Assembly (NCBI GenBank): GCA_036172245.1
Contig: JAYWIR010000021.1
Span: 3,346,645-3,366,644, forward strand
Direction: 5' to 3'
Source of the DNA: Raillietiella orientalis
Lineage: Eukaryota
DNA length: 20,000 bases
The notes under the pieces are model-generated. The model saw nothing but the letters and a program-made list of their open reading frames with translations. It did not search any database and was not told the origin of the DNA. Below, in pieces: positions 1 to 10,051 of the stretch (positions within the stretch are counted from its first letter, which is position 1; every line of letters starts with the position of its first letter). The translations under genes and the position numbers were made by a program.

Positions 1-140
1 CTTTCTGTTTTTCGAATGGTTGTGGTTGGTTTTCCCGTAAATATTTTTCTGTTCTTTCCTTTTTTTCTGTATGCGATGATCTGAAATGCATTGTGTTCAT
101 TTGTCCTTGTATTCGATGTACTTGATCTGTATAGTAGGAG

Positions 141-422
141 CTAGTCTGCCTCTTTCGCATGCTTGCTGGTCTCTTTGTGGTGAGGATTTCCTTTGGCGGT
201 TTCGGCGGGAGCTCTTGAGAAACGTTGGATTCGTTTTATCTGAGGTATCGTGGAGGGTATCGCTGTTTGGAAGCATCCCTGGAGATGCGGGGTTGCTGTT
301 GAGCTTCCTTCTTCACCGAGGATTGCGTGCTTTCCTTTTCGAAGTGACCTTTCCTGCGTTTGTTCTGCGGTTGTCCAGTTGTTTGAGGTGAAGCACCGCC
401 GCGTGCACTTTGCGTACGGCAT
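141..422 (-). pseudogene. rep: CRESS-virus replication initiator (Rep) HUH endonuclease domain, degraded
   Basis: MPYAKCTRRCFTSNNWT resembles RCR motif I (WCFTLNN); KHAILGEE..TPHLQGCF contains motif II (PHLQG); RAPAETAKG resembles RAHxExAKG; motif III (YCSKE) is decayed to HAKE; premature TAG at 141-143; a QGQ-like stretch follows in another frame. Confidence 0.85.
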
Positions 423-620
423 GTTGGAACTCTTTGGTGCGGGTGTTTTCGGTTTGATACGGTTTTGAAAGTGCCGAGGTCAGGGTCACCCTCTGCTGTT
501 TCCAAGTGGTTTTTGCGTAGTCGGTGTCAAATTGGAGGAATGTGAGGGTCAGGGGGTTCGTATTCTCTTTGTTCCCTTCATTTTGGAATGCATTAGGATA
601 CAAGAGGTTGCGGTGTGAGG

Positions 621-950
621 ATGCCTGTTGCAACACGTGCACCTCATCGTGCTGATCTTAGGAATGTTTGTTTACGTAAACAGCGTCGTAGACGTCGTGC
701 ATTGCATTCTCCTGGTAATCATCGTAAGCGTAATTCTATGAGGAGGCGCGTTAATGATCGTGGCAATTTTGGACGTGCTTCCTCCTGGATTGGGAATGTG
801 TTGCGTTCTGGTGCGCGTATTCGGTTTAGGGATTTCGGTTTCACGGAGGGTGCTTATACTGTTCGTCAAGAGCTGAGGCCTGTTGGCAGTGAAGGTTATT
901 ATGCCGATTTCCATAATAACTTTGCAACCACTTACGGAAACTTTTTCTGA
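621..950 (+). pseudogene. cap: Putative CRESS-virus capsid N-terminal part; broken remnants may extend to ~1140
   Basis: ATG at 621; Arg-rich N-terminus (RKQRRRRR...RKRNSMRRR) with many CGT codons; divergent from rep as in Circoviridae-like genomes. No recognisable capsid fold motif. Confidence 0.6.
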
Positions 951-1141
951 TCAAAAAGAGTCGAATGTGTTGAATTCTGAAGTAGGTGGAGACTATATAT
1001 GTAGAATAATTATGTTGTTGTGACAAATCCCGGATAGGAGGAAGATTTTGCGAATATGAAAAATCATGGTGATTCCTAAGGAATGTGGAATCAGCTGACT
1101 TGGCAGCAAAACAGATCTCCTGTGTTTCGTAAATTCTGCCT

Positions 1142-2706
1142 GAGGAAGCGCCGGGTGCCTTGGCGGTCGCATTCGACCTTCACAAGACGTTCGATTGCGT
1201 AAACCAAAGACTCCTCTTGGAGCTCTTGGAACGCCTCGGTCTCCCGGCGCAACTCCTGCATTACTTGCGCGCTTGCTGGCGCCACGCGCTAACGTGCATT
1301 TCTTTTAGTGGCTGCCACGTGTACGGTATTCCCGTACCCAGGAGCATCAGGCAAGGCGACAGTTTAAGTCCGTTGCTCTTTAGCATCTTGTTTGAGTTGG
1401 TGCTGAGGGCGTATAGGGTGACGCTGGAGTACCGGCCTAGCTCATGCCCGGGAACGCCTGCCGTGGCTGCCTACGCTGATGACTTGCTTCTTCTGCTCCC
1501 CATGTCCACCCCGACGTCCAGTGTCGAAGATTTCTTCGAACTGATCCGTCGGGTGCGGTCGTGAGCGTCAACAGAGGAAAGAGCGTGGTCGTTCCTGTGG
1601 GAGCGTCGTGGGAGGGGCAGCCCGACTGGATCCGCCTGGGGATCCACACGGCAGGGTATTTAAAGTACCTTGGAGTTCCGCTGGGCGACTCGGCACAGCC
1701 GAGGCGTCGTCGGGCTGCCTTCATAAGGCAGAGTTGGCCGCCAGCCCGTTCATTAAGGGCAGGTTTACCTTGCCGGAACGGGCGGCTATCAGAAATACCT
1801 TTGTGGCCCCCCTCCTCCGCCCCCCGTTTTTTGTTTTGAACCCCCCTTACGCGGCCAAAGAGCGGGCAAAACGCCTGCTAAGGAACGCTCTCTGGGGTCC
1901 GGGGCGATCCAGGATCCTCCTGAAAGGCCTGACGGCTCCATGTCGCGATGCCGGTCTTGGTATCCTGACGATGGAGCGGATCGGACTGCAAGTGCAGTTT
2001 CGGATGCTGGCACTGTGTGCCGAGCTATGGACTTCTCCCCTGTGTGCGCCCGCGCGCATCCTCCTACGGAGGTGTGCCGGAAGCGAAGGACTTCTTTCCT
2101 TGCTGCCAGGCATGCGTCACAGGAGACAGGGATTTGGCTATCCTTTGAGGCAGCTCACCACCTTGTTGGAAGCAAATAGATGGATTTCCTGCCGCCCAAT
2201 GAACTACAATGCATGGCGGCAGGAATCCATTGATTCCTTGGCTGCATTCTTAGGAATGAGCCACGAAAATCTTAGCCCCCTGCGTCACTTTCAACCTTGG
2301 TCACTCCAAAATGTGATGCAGGACGAGGTGAGGTTTTCCGCTTTGGCCATCACGCCCCTTGCCGAAGCATTGTCTGTCCTCGAGGTTCGAGAAGACAGTA
2401 GCCATCCGGGAAGGTGGGAGTTCTCCTGCACCATTGCAGGAAGAACGAAAGCACTTGTCCAATGGGCCACGAGCGAGCTTGCGGATGCCGCCACCCCTCG
2501 TGCTACGCCAAAAGGGTTACTTCGGTGGGGAGAAACTCTTGGTGTTGGAGGAACTTATAATCCCTCCCTGGTGTTTGGACGGCTCGGTGTTTCCCCTTGC
2601 ATGGAAGCAAGACGTCTTGCTCTTCTTGCACTGGGGCTTGCGCTACAACGAACGGCGCCACCGAGCTTGCGGTGGGGTGGCTTCACCCTACTGTGCACGA
2701 TGCGGC
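1142..2706 (+). mobile_element. Tx1/L1-type non-LTR retrotransposon fragment A: ORF2 RT domain to zinc finger, truncated at both ends, frameshifted
   Basis: AFDLHKTFD, IRQGDSLSPLLF, AYADD, VNRGKS, KYLGVPL, DAGLGI, then LHWGLRYNERRH..CARCG across ORFs 1160-1564, 1561-1839, 1608-2756 and 2359-2814. Confidence 0.92.
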
Positions 2707-2806
2707 CCACCTCCGCCGTGGTCGCACGCGTTTTTGGTGAGCTCCAGCGAGCGTAATCAAAAGCAGTTTTTTGTGAGTGCGGAAGTGCGGTCGTTGGAGG
2801 GCAGAA

Positions 2807-4440
2807 ATGCCTGAAGACGCCGCAACACCTGCGACGGGAGACGTGAGGCCCACGTCTCCCCAACCTATGGAGGTGGGGTCATGCCCCACCAGAAAATCAG
2901 CCCCCGCCACCCCGGCGAGGGCGTGGAACAAGGTGGCAGCGGCGGCTCCGCCGGACGTGGCCGCCGAAGTGCAGGCCTACATAAAGGAGGGCTACAACCC
3001 AGCCCTCCTTTACAAGGTAGGAAATCTTTATTCTCCGCTTACCACGCGGAAATTTGGAAACGCCATCCGTAGGATGGGAATCTCTGACGAGGAGATTCTT
3101 TGCTTCTCGATTCGGAGCGGCGGGCAGTTCGCGGAGCTGATCTGCAAAGATGCAGCGCTCACACACAAACTGCTCTGCACGCCCGTTCCGTTCGAAGGGC
3201 GGAATCTCCTCCCACACACGGTGGATCACTCTATGGTGATCCACCTCACTGGTACAACGGTGCGGATGACCGAGGAAGCCATCCGCACTGAAATCAACAA
3301 GTTCGCGGAGATATACGCGATGTGGTCGAAGCCCAACGCCTTTACTTATCGAGGCGCATTCAGTGGGCGAGTTGCCGCACGCGTAACTCTCCGCGAAAAC
3401 AAAGAACTTTTCCACAAGCTGGAGGTCAACGACGAGCTCGTCGACCTCTGGTACGTGGGGAAGGAAAAATACTGTGGGCTGGGCAACACATTCGGGCATC
3501 TTAAAAAGAGATGCCCGGATGCCACATGCCCAACCTGCGGCGCGAAGGGCCACACTAGTGCTGTGTGCCCGAAAAACGCCGCGACAACGCCTTCAGCCCC
3601 TTCGACAAATGAGGGGAAGAAGGCAGAAAACAAAAAAACGAGCGACCAACAGCCGACCTCAGAAGAAGTCGTGCAGAAGGAGCAGGAGTCTCAAGAGAAG
3701 ACTTCTGAACCAACTGCCGACGAGGAAAACTGGAAAGTCGTTTCAAACAAAAAAGCAAAAGAAACACACAAAAAACAAAAACTCCAAAAAAAAATAATAA
3801 TAATACAAATAAGAACGCGAGCGTTCCCAAAAAACCCGCGGTCGGCAAACCAAAAATTTCGCCGCGCGAGTCCATAAAGGAATGCCGCGTTAACATCGAG
3901 CGCGTTCCGTCGATCGAGCGTCGATCGGCGAACGCGACTCCCGCAACCGTCGCGAACGCCGCGGAACCGCCGCAGGAATCCTGCGACAAACACGCGAGTA
4001 GCAGCGACGAGAAAAACTTCGCGAAGGCGGCGGAGGAACTCGCGGCCACCTTAATGCAGCCGCCTAAGGCTGCAAAGAAGGCCGTCAGACGTCCGGCGGA
4101 AGTTAAGGGCCCGGAAACTTCCGGGTCCGAGGCAGAAGCCGGAAACCCTCCCACCGTCGCCCTTCCGAAGAGGAAGGCGGGCCGGAAGTCGCGCAACCCT
4201 CTGCGCATCGCTCCCCCTCAGGCTGAGGAGGAGGAGATGCGCTCGGATAGCGAGGAGGCGATGTCCGCGAGGTCGCGGGATCCCTCTATCGACAGCATCC
4301 GGTCGGTCCTTCCTATCGACCTCAGTCCGGCTGCAGACGTTCCGGTCGTTGCCGAAACGCCACCACCGCAGATGGACAACGACCAGCCGCCTCCCGAACA
4401 GGAGGCGGCAATACACACGCCACCACCATCATTAGTATGA
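2807..4440 (+). pseudogene. ORF1 gag-like nucleic-acid-binding protein with two CCHC zinc knuckles (copy B), one frameshift
   Basis: ATG 2807; YCGLGNTFGHLKKRC (first knuckle has lost a Cys) and CPTCGAKGHTSAVC; frame change in the A-rich tract ~3745-3795 into the frame of ORF 4054-4440; colinear with the copy G ORF1. Confidence 0.88.
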
Positions 4441-5326
4441 TGCGTGGAATCGCCTCTTGCCGGCAGCTGCGTATAGCCTGTTGGAATGTCAACGGGCTGC
4501 GTAGCGAAAGCAAGAGGCGTAGCGTGGCCGACACCCTGCGACCTTTCGACCTGGCACTTCTCCAAGAGGTGCATGCCCTCAGAGCAGAGGACGTCCAGGA
4601 AATCGAGAGGCTCACAGGGGGGAGGCTACTTTGGCGTGATGGAGGAGACCACTCCCGCGGAGTGGCCTTCCTGCTGAAGCCGGCCGTCGCCAATGCGGTG
4701 CGCAGAGCACAGTTCGACGAGGAAGGTCGAGTAGGACAACTTGTCCTCAAGTGGTCCGAATCGATCGACCTCGTAGTTACGAACGTGTGCGCGCCCTGCA
4801 CCAGCCACAGGCGCGCAGAACGCACTGCGTTCTTCGAAGCCCTGCGGCGAGACTGGCTGGCCGAAGCAGGCGTGCGGCGGGCGCATCTGATAGCGGGAGA
4901 CTTCAACGTCCGCCTGCTGTCGGAAGCGCCCGACATAAGAGCACAATTGGTCAACGAGTTGTGTGCGGCTATGCACACACGCAACTTGTTGGCCGATGAA
5001 GCCGGGGTGAGAAGCAGAATCGACCACGTGTTCCTCGATAACCACTTGTGTACGCGGGTGGGGACTCGAGGAGCAATTGCGTCGGAGCTGTCCGATCACC
5101 CTCGGCTAGTAAACAACATCCATCCGCGCGACAGAGGTCCACCCTCCGAAGCGTGGCGCCTGCCGGGGGACTGGTTGCGACTCGCAGGAGCACGCGAACA
5201 TCTGCGCGCATTCCTGCGTAGTTGCGAATTGCAGACTCTCGCTGACTGGGACAAAATAAAACGCTCAGTCCGAGAGTTCTGTGACCAGTTTCCCCTCCAT
5301 CAACTTCCTCCAGGTTTCGGCGATGC
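4437..5326 (+). pseudogene. ORF2 N-terminal APE-type endonuclease and linker (copy B), truncated before RT
   Basis: WNVNGL, LLQEVH, GVAFLL, NVCAP, IAGDFN, SRIDHVF and SDH motifs, plus L1/Tx1-like linker WDKIK..REFC. The last codons of ORF 4437-5354 run into the 3' end of copy C. Confidence 0.93.
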
Positions 5327-6946
5327 CACCCGGATACGCCGGGACGTTTATTAAAAACATTTCAACAGTCAATACAGAACGTGGTACAAGGCCCCACTGA
5401 CGGCCACGCAATACCGGAACTGCCGGGACACTGGGACGCAGCCCGGTGTGGCTCTCCTCGGCAGTGGAGGGGGATGGGGGAGAAAATAAAAATAAAATAA
5501 AAGAGAAAAACAAACCACAAAAAAAAAAAAGTTTGGAGGGCCGGGAAGGGATCACAGAAAACTGCTGGGAGCGCCCATCCTTTGCAGGATGCCTTCTAGT
5601 TCCATTTTCAGTTTTCCTAGATTGGGCCATCGGGTAGCTCTCTGCAGGAAGCGAGAAGCATACTCGATGACGTCCCTCACGATGCAGTCTTCATCTTCGG
5701 CATCACTCCAGGCCGCCACGATACCACGAATGCAGCAAAGTGCTGCCAGGGCTGCGGCTGGACTGAGGGCGTCCCGCACGAAGACAAGACTGAAGACACA
5801 TCCAACATTGCCACCATCCGGTATCCGGAGGGCCGTTTTCAGACGATCCCAAAGAATCTGGACGGCAGGGCATTCAACTAAGAGGTGGGGGAGCGACTCC
5901 CGCTCCCCACACCTGGCACACGCAGGATTTACTCTTCCCCGCGTCCAGTGGAAGCGGCGCGCGTTGCAGGGTAGACCCCAATGCAGCCACAGAAGCGCCG
6001 ATTCTTGCCACTTCAGGGGAAGAATCCTGGATCCAAGTAGAACCGGGGGTCACTTCAGGTCATCCAATCGGATGCCGAGCAGCTCGCCCCATCTTCTTAA
6101 TCCACGCGGCTGGAGACTAGGGGTCGTTGCATCTGTCAACTCTCCCATGGTCCAGCCGCTCATCATCTTCTCTCTGCCTGCGATACGGCAGCAGACTTGC
6201 CACCTTGGCTTCCGGCTTTCGTGAAGCACCCTTTGGAGGAAGGGCATCGCCGTAACAAGGGGTGCGCCTTCCGCCCACGTGTAACTCTGTGGAAATTCAA
6301 GAATTTCACGGAGAGTTCGGCGGGCGTAAAAGCCGACTCGCAGGCAGTTCATCCGGTCTTCGCACCTCTGGTTCTGCTTGGCCCAGGTGCCAACAGTCTC
6401 TTCCAGCCAAGCGGAGGAGTTGGCAGGGCCACAAACCATCCAGTCGTTCTCCTTTGCCAGGGTTGCCATGCGGCCGAGCGGTAGACCGCATCTTCGAATC
6501 TTCCGGCCAGGGCACAGAAGAAACGATGCAAGTCCTTCGCAGCGGGACACACGCCTGGCCAGGAGGCGGGCCGGAATGCATCGAGCGGTGCTCCACATCT
6601 TCGCTGTGATGGCGAGGGTCCGCCATCGCAGCTGCTTCTCCACGCGCTCCAGCGTCCGGATGCTGAGACCGCCGTCCCGACGCGGAGCGCACAAGTCCTT
6701 CAGAGGCAATCGGGGCCTCCCCTTGCCCCAAAGGGCGATACGGAAGATGTACTTTGTCCTCTTCTTCGATTCCACGGTGGGGGGGCAAACAAAAAGCAAG
6801 GGGCGGAGGATGAGGGCCGAGAAGGCGTTCCAAACCGCGGCCCGTTTCGGCAAGTGAAACTTCCCTTCCAGGAACGGGCCGATCGCCGTCTTGACTTTTT
6901 GGAGGCAGCTGGACCACGCTTCCGCAGGGGAGTAGTCCCCCAACGG
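5327..6946 (-). mobile_element. Tx1/L1-type fragment C: post-RT ORF2 C-terminus, zinc finger, 3' UTR and 3' end
   Basis: PLGDYSP..DGGLSI..LHWGLPCNARRFHW..CARCGERESLPHLLVEC; internal TGA at 6050-6052; ORF2 stop at 5552-5554; T-rich 3' UTR; AATAAA at 5347-5352; terminal hairpin at 5329-5343. Confidence 0.92.
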
Positions 6947-7270
6947 GCCATCGGGATGCTATTCGCAGAAAGCGAGCTGCAAACTCCATGCCATCCCTTC
7001 CGTTGACATCCTCTGCTTCGTCGGATCCACTCCAAGCTGCCACAATACCGCGAACGCGGCAGAGAGCTGCTATTACAGCGGCTGGCTGCAGGGCGTGCCG
7101 CACGAAGAGGAGCCGAAAAACGTCTCTGGGAAGGCTACCATTCCGGATCCCTAAGGTGGAACCGAAGCGTTCCCACAGGGGCCGGAGGGCAGCACAGTCA
7201 ACTAAAAGGTGAGGGAGGGTTTCCCGCTCCCCACACCGGGCACAGTTTGCGTTCACACTCCCCCGTGTCC
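6945..7270 (-). mobile_element. Tx1/L1-type fragment D, distal part (zinc finger and C-terminus)
   Basis: TRGSVNANCARCGERETLPHLLVDC..RIASRWP continues the ..HHWTRGS reading that ends at 10038; fused to fragment C over a 2-nt overlap at 6945-6946. Confidence 0.88.
7257..7270 (+). repeat. Left target-site duplication of copy G (ACTCCCCCGTGTCC)
   Basis: 13/14 match to ACTTCCCCGTGTCC at 10038-10051; removing the insert restores the host ORF2 reading. Confidence 0.88.
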
Positions 7271-7281
7271 TTCTAGGGAGC

Positions 7282-7288
7282 GGACGTG
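7282..7288 (+). promoter_or_regulatory. DPE-like GGACGTG motif in the LINE 5' UTR (variant GCACGCG at 2724-2730 in copy B)
   Basis: Matches RGWCGTG, known from internal promoters of arthropod LINEs; lies closer to the apparent 5' end than the canonical +28. Confidence 0.4.
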
Positions 7289-7364
7289 GTTTGGCATCGC
7301 TCCACGGACTGGTTAGTGGGAAGCTTTTCGTTGGTTGTCTGGTGTGTGGGAGCACCGGTGTCCC

Positions 7365-9081
7365 ATGGAAGAAATGCCTGAGGACACCGCGATGGAAGTT
7401 GGAGTAGGAGAAGCGACATGCTGTCCTCCATCAATGAAAGTGGGGGCATCCGCCCCCCCGGAATCCCTGGCACTTGCCCCATCGGAATCGGGGGCAACCG
7501 CCCCTTCGCGACCCTCTTCGCCATTGGCGAGGAGTTGGAGTGACGTCGTTGCTGCACCATCCCCGGATGCAGTAGCGGAGCAGACTGCCTACAAGGACAG
7601 CGGCTACAAGCCGTCTCTGATCTATAAGGTAGGCAGTGTGTTTGATGAAAAAATTGCACGCTCCTTCGAAATGGAGCTGCAAAGGTTGAACGTGAGGGAG
7701 GAAGACCTTGAAGGCCTATCCGTCCTTAGTGGAGGCCAGCGAGTTGAGCTGACATGAAAAGAGGCAAGTCTGGCGCAGCGACTGCTGAACACCCCTATTA
7801 CGGTGGACGGCCGCAGGATCTTCCCTGTGACGGAGGACCGCTCCGTCGTGATCCACCTCACGGGCGTATCACTCCGAATGGACAAAACCAGCGTCCATGA
7901 GGAGTTGTCGAAGCATAGTAGTGTGCACGCGTATTGGGCCAAACCCAATGTCTTCCGAACGTACGGAAGGCTATTCAGTGGGATGGCCGCAGCCCGCGTC
8001 ACCCTACCAGAGAATGGTGGGCTTCCCCACAAACTGAATATCGGCGAAGAAAAAGTCGCGGACGTACGTGGGTAAGCCCAAGTATTGTGGCCATTGCGAT
8101 GCTACAGGGCATCTAAAAAAACGGTGCCCTAACATCCAATGCCACTTATGTGGAAATAAGGGCCACATCCGTAAGGTGTGCCCAAGAAGAGAAATCCCGT
8201 CCCCATCCGCTGCCAAAAAGACAAAAGGGAAACGCACGGGAGAGACGCATACACAGAAACAGGCTGTAAACACCCAGATGTCAGTCCCTAAGCCCTCACA
8301 GCAAACGTCGGTTGAGAACACTCCCGACGACGCTGGTGACGGCGAAGGCTGGCAGACGGTACAGCCACGAAGAAAACCCGGGAGTCCCGAACGAAACGCG
8401 GTGAAAACAAAAACGCAGCGCGAAAAACCGTGCCGCGAAAAGCTCCGCGCGTGTTCAGTAAAATTAGGACGTGTGGAGGCACCCGATGCCGCCGCCGGGG
8501 GAGCAATCCCCCCCCTCGCGTCCGCCGAAGCCGCGACGGTCGATGGCGAACCCTCTGGGGAAACAGAGGGGGAACCGCGCGCCGCGCTCGACGCGATCGA
8601 GGAGGCCGCCTTCCAGCAGGCGGTGGAAGAAATCGCGGCTGAACTGCAAGGCCGTGAGAAGAACTCCCGGAAAGGCTTACGAAGGCCGGCCGCGAGGAAG
8701 GCTCCGGATGCAGGTGAGGCCGATCCGGATGCTGGAAGTGCGTCCTCCTCAACGGAGGCGCCACCAAAGAAGACGGGACGCAAGTCCCAGAATCCCAGGA
8801 GGCGCGTACGGATCAAGAAGGAGGAGGATGAACTGGCACTCGAGGGGGAAGCCGGCAGCGTGGGAGGCGAGGGTGGGAATCTCTCATTTCAAGACACCGT
8901 GCAGCTGGCGACCCCCATGGAGGAGGAAGTACAGGTGGGTGAAACCCCCCTTCCTCTGCACGGCCCTGACGAAGACTCGGCCCCCATGGAGGAGGGAGAA
9001 GCGATGCGCGACGCACCCCCTCCTCCTAGCGTCCCGCCAGACAAGGTGGCGGGAGCCCCATTGCCACTTTCCCAGGATTAA
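7365..9081 (+). pseudogene. ORF1 gag-like protein with two CCHC zinc knuckles (copy G)
   Basis: CGHCDATGHLKKRC and CHLCGNKGHIRKVC; premature TGA at 7755-7757 (Cys in copy B); frameshift near 8064. Confidence 0.9.
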
Positions 9082-9819
9082 CACCTGGGCTCGCCTGTCG
9101 CCGTAGGATCCGCGTAGCCTGCTGGAACGTCAACCGGCTGCGCGACGACGGCAACAGGCGGGATACGGCCGACACCCTGCGCGACTTCGACCTGGCGCTC
9201 CTGCAGGAGATTCACGTGATCACCGCGGAGAACGCTCAGGAGATCGAGAGGATCGCAGGGGGTCGTCTGTTTTGGCAGTGAGGCGCTCGCAACACCTGTG
9301 GCGTCGCCAGAAACACTTGGGCGGAGACGACCCCACTGGCCACGGCGCTGCCCTTCCTACGAAGGGAGCTTCAAAACAGCCGGAAGCCGAGATGGCAAGT
9401 CTCCTGCTGGATAGCGGGCAAGGAGAAGGATCTAAGCGGGTGGACAATAAAGGAACTGGCAGACGCCGCAACCCCAAGCGTTCACCCGCATGGAATACGG
9501 AGATGGGTCGAGCTGTTTGGCATCCCGGCGGATAATTACCCTAGAGTGGCCCCCGTTATTTAGAGACGCATCCACCCTCCCCCTCAAGTGGCAGGAAACG
9601 GCGCTGTTGTTGTTGCACTGGGGTCTTCCCTGCAACGCGCGCCGCCACCACTGGACGTTGGGGAACGTGGGACAGAACTGTGCAGTGTGCGGGGAGAAGG
9701 AATCCCTCCCCCATCTGTTAGTGGACTGCGCTGCCCTCCGGCCCTTGTGGGAACGTTATGCTACGACCCTCCCTATGCCGGTCGGCAGTACCGAGGGAAA
9801 GGATAGTCTCTTCCTCTAG
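9081..9819 (+). pseudogene. Internally deleted ORF2 of copy G (endonuclease N-terminus joined to C-terminal zinc-finger region)
   Basis: ACWNVNRL..LLQEIH..GVA is joined at GCC (9306-9308) to RNTWAETT..; later LHWGLPCNARRHHW..CAVCGEKESLPHLLVDC. Confidence 0.88.
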
Positions 9820-10037
9820 CGGGTTGTGATCCCTTCCCGGCCCCCCAAATAGTTTCTTTTTGTTATTTCATTTATTTTTCTTTTTGTTTCACCCCCTATC
9901 ACCTCCGCTGCCGAGGAGGACAAGCTGGCCTCAGAACCGGCTTCCTGGCAGGTCCCATGAAATATTGGCCGTAGCGGGGCCTAGTACCTCAAATGCAAAG
10001 CGTTTTTTAATAAACGCCCCGGCGTGACCGGGTGAAA

Positions 10038-10051
10038 ACTTCCCCGTGTCC
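10038..10051 (+). repeat. Right target-site duplication of copy G (ACTTCCCCGTGTCC)
   Basis: 13/14 match to 7257-7270. Confidence 0.88.

Larger units (their letters stand above)
1..1140. mobile_element. Degraded endogenous CRESS-DNA virus (circovirus/cyclovirus-like) element, runs off the left edge
   Basis: Divergent (ambisense) Rep-like ORF on minus and Arg-rich capsid-like ORF on plus, ~200 bp apart; plus strand is strongly T-rich and A-poor; abrupt switch to LINE RT sequence at ~1142. Right boundary approximate. Confidence 0.75.
2707..5326 (+). mobile_element. Tx1/L1-type element copy B: 5' UTR, ORF1 and endonuclease, 3'-truncated
   Basis: 5' UTR similar to that of copy G (7271-7364); ORF1 with zinc knuckles followed by an APE endonuclease; ends where minus-strand copy C begins. 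Confidence 0.9.
7271..10037 (+). mobile_element. Tx1/L1-type copy G: both ends present, internally deleted (no RT), flanked by a 14-bp TSD
   Basis: 5' UTR, ORF1 7365-9081, endonuclease N-terminus 9081-9308, ORF2 C-terminal piece 9306-~9810, 3' UTR homologous to that of C, AATAAA at 10009-10014, hairpin at 10018-10032, short A run. Confidence 0.92.

Noticed and set aside
423..620. CRESS origin stem-loop with nonanucleotide
   Set aside because: No TAGTATTAC-like motif in a hairpin on either strand; only short GGTCAGGG repeats and a small palindrome.
1160..1564. Bacterial RT system (retron, group II intron, DGR)
   Set aside because: The RT is linked to an APE endonuclease, zinc-knuckle ORF1 and AATAAA ends in a spliced-gene context, so it is a eukaryotic LINE.
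3745..3800. Programmed ribosomal frameshift in ORF1
   Set aside because: Copy G reads through the equivalent region in one frame; more likely homopolymer slippage or sequencing error.
1142..5354. A single permuted element with order RT > ORF1 > endonuclease
   Set aside because: Copy G shows the normal ORF1-EN-C-terminus order between TSDs, and a 5' UTR begins at ~2707, so A and B are separate copies.
5390..5475. Twister, HDV-like or hammerhead ribozyme in the 3' UTR
   Set aside because: Short words resemble twister (CACTGCC, GTCCCA) but the UAA cleavage loop and pseudoknot layout are missing; no HDV nested pseudoknot or CUGANGA/GAAA core could be built.
5482..5530. Poly(A) tail of a plus-strand element
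   Set aside because: It is the reverse complement of the T-rich 3' UTR of minus-strand C, homologous to ~9853-9890.
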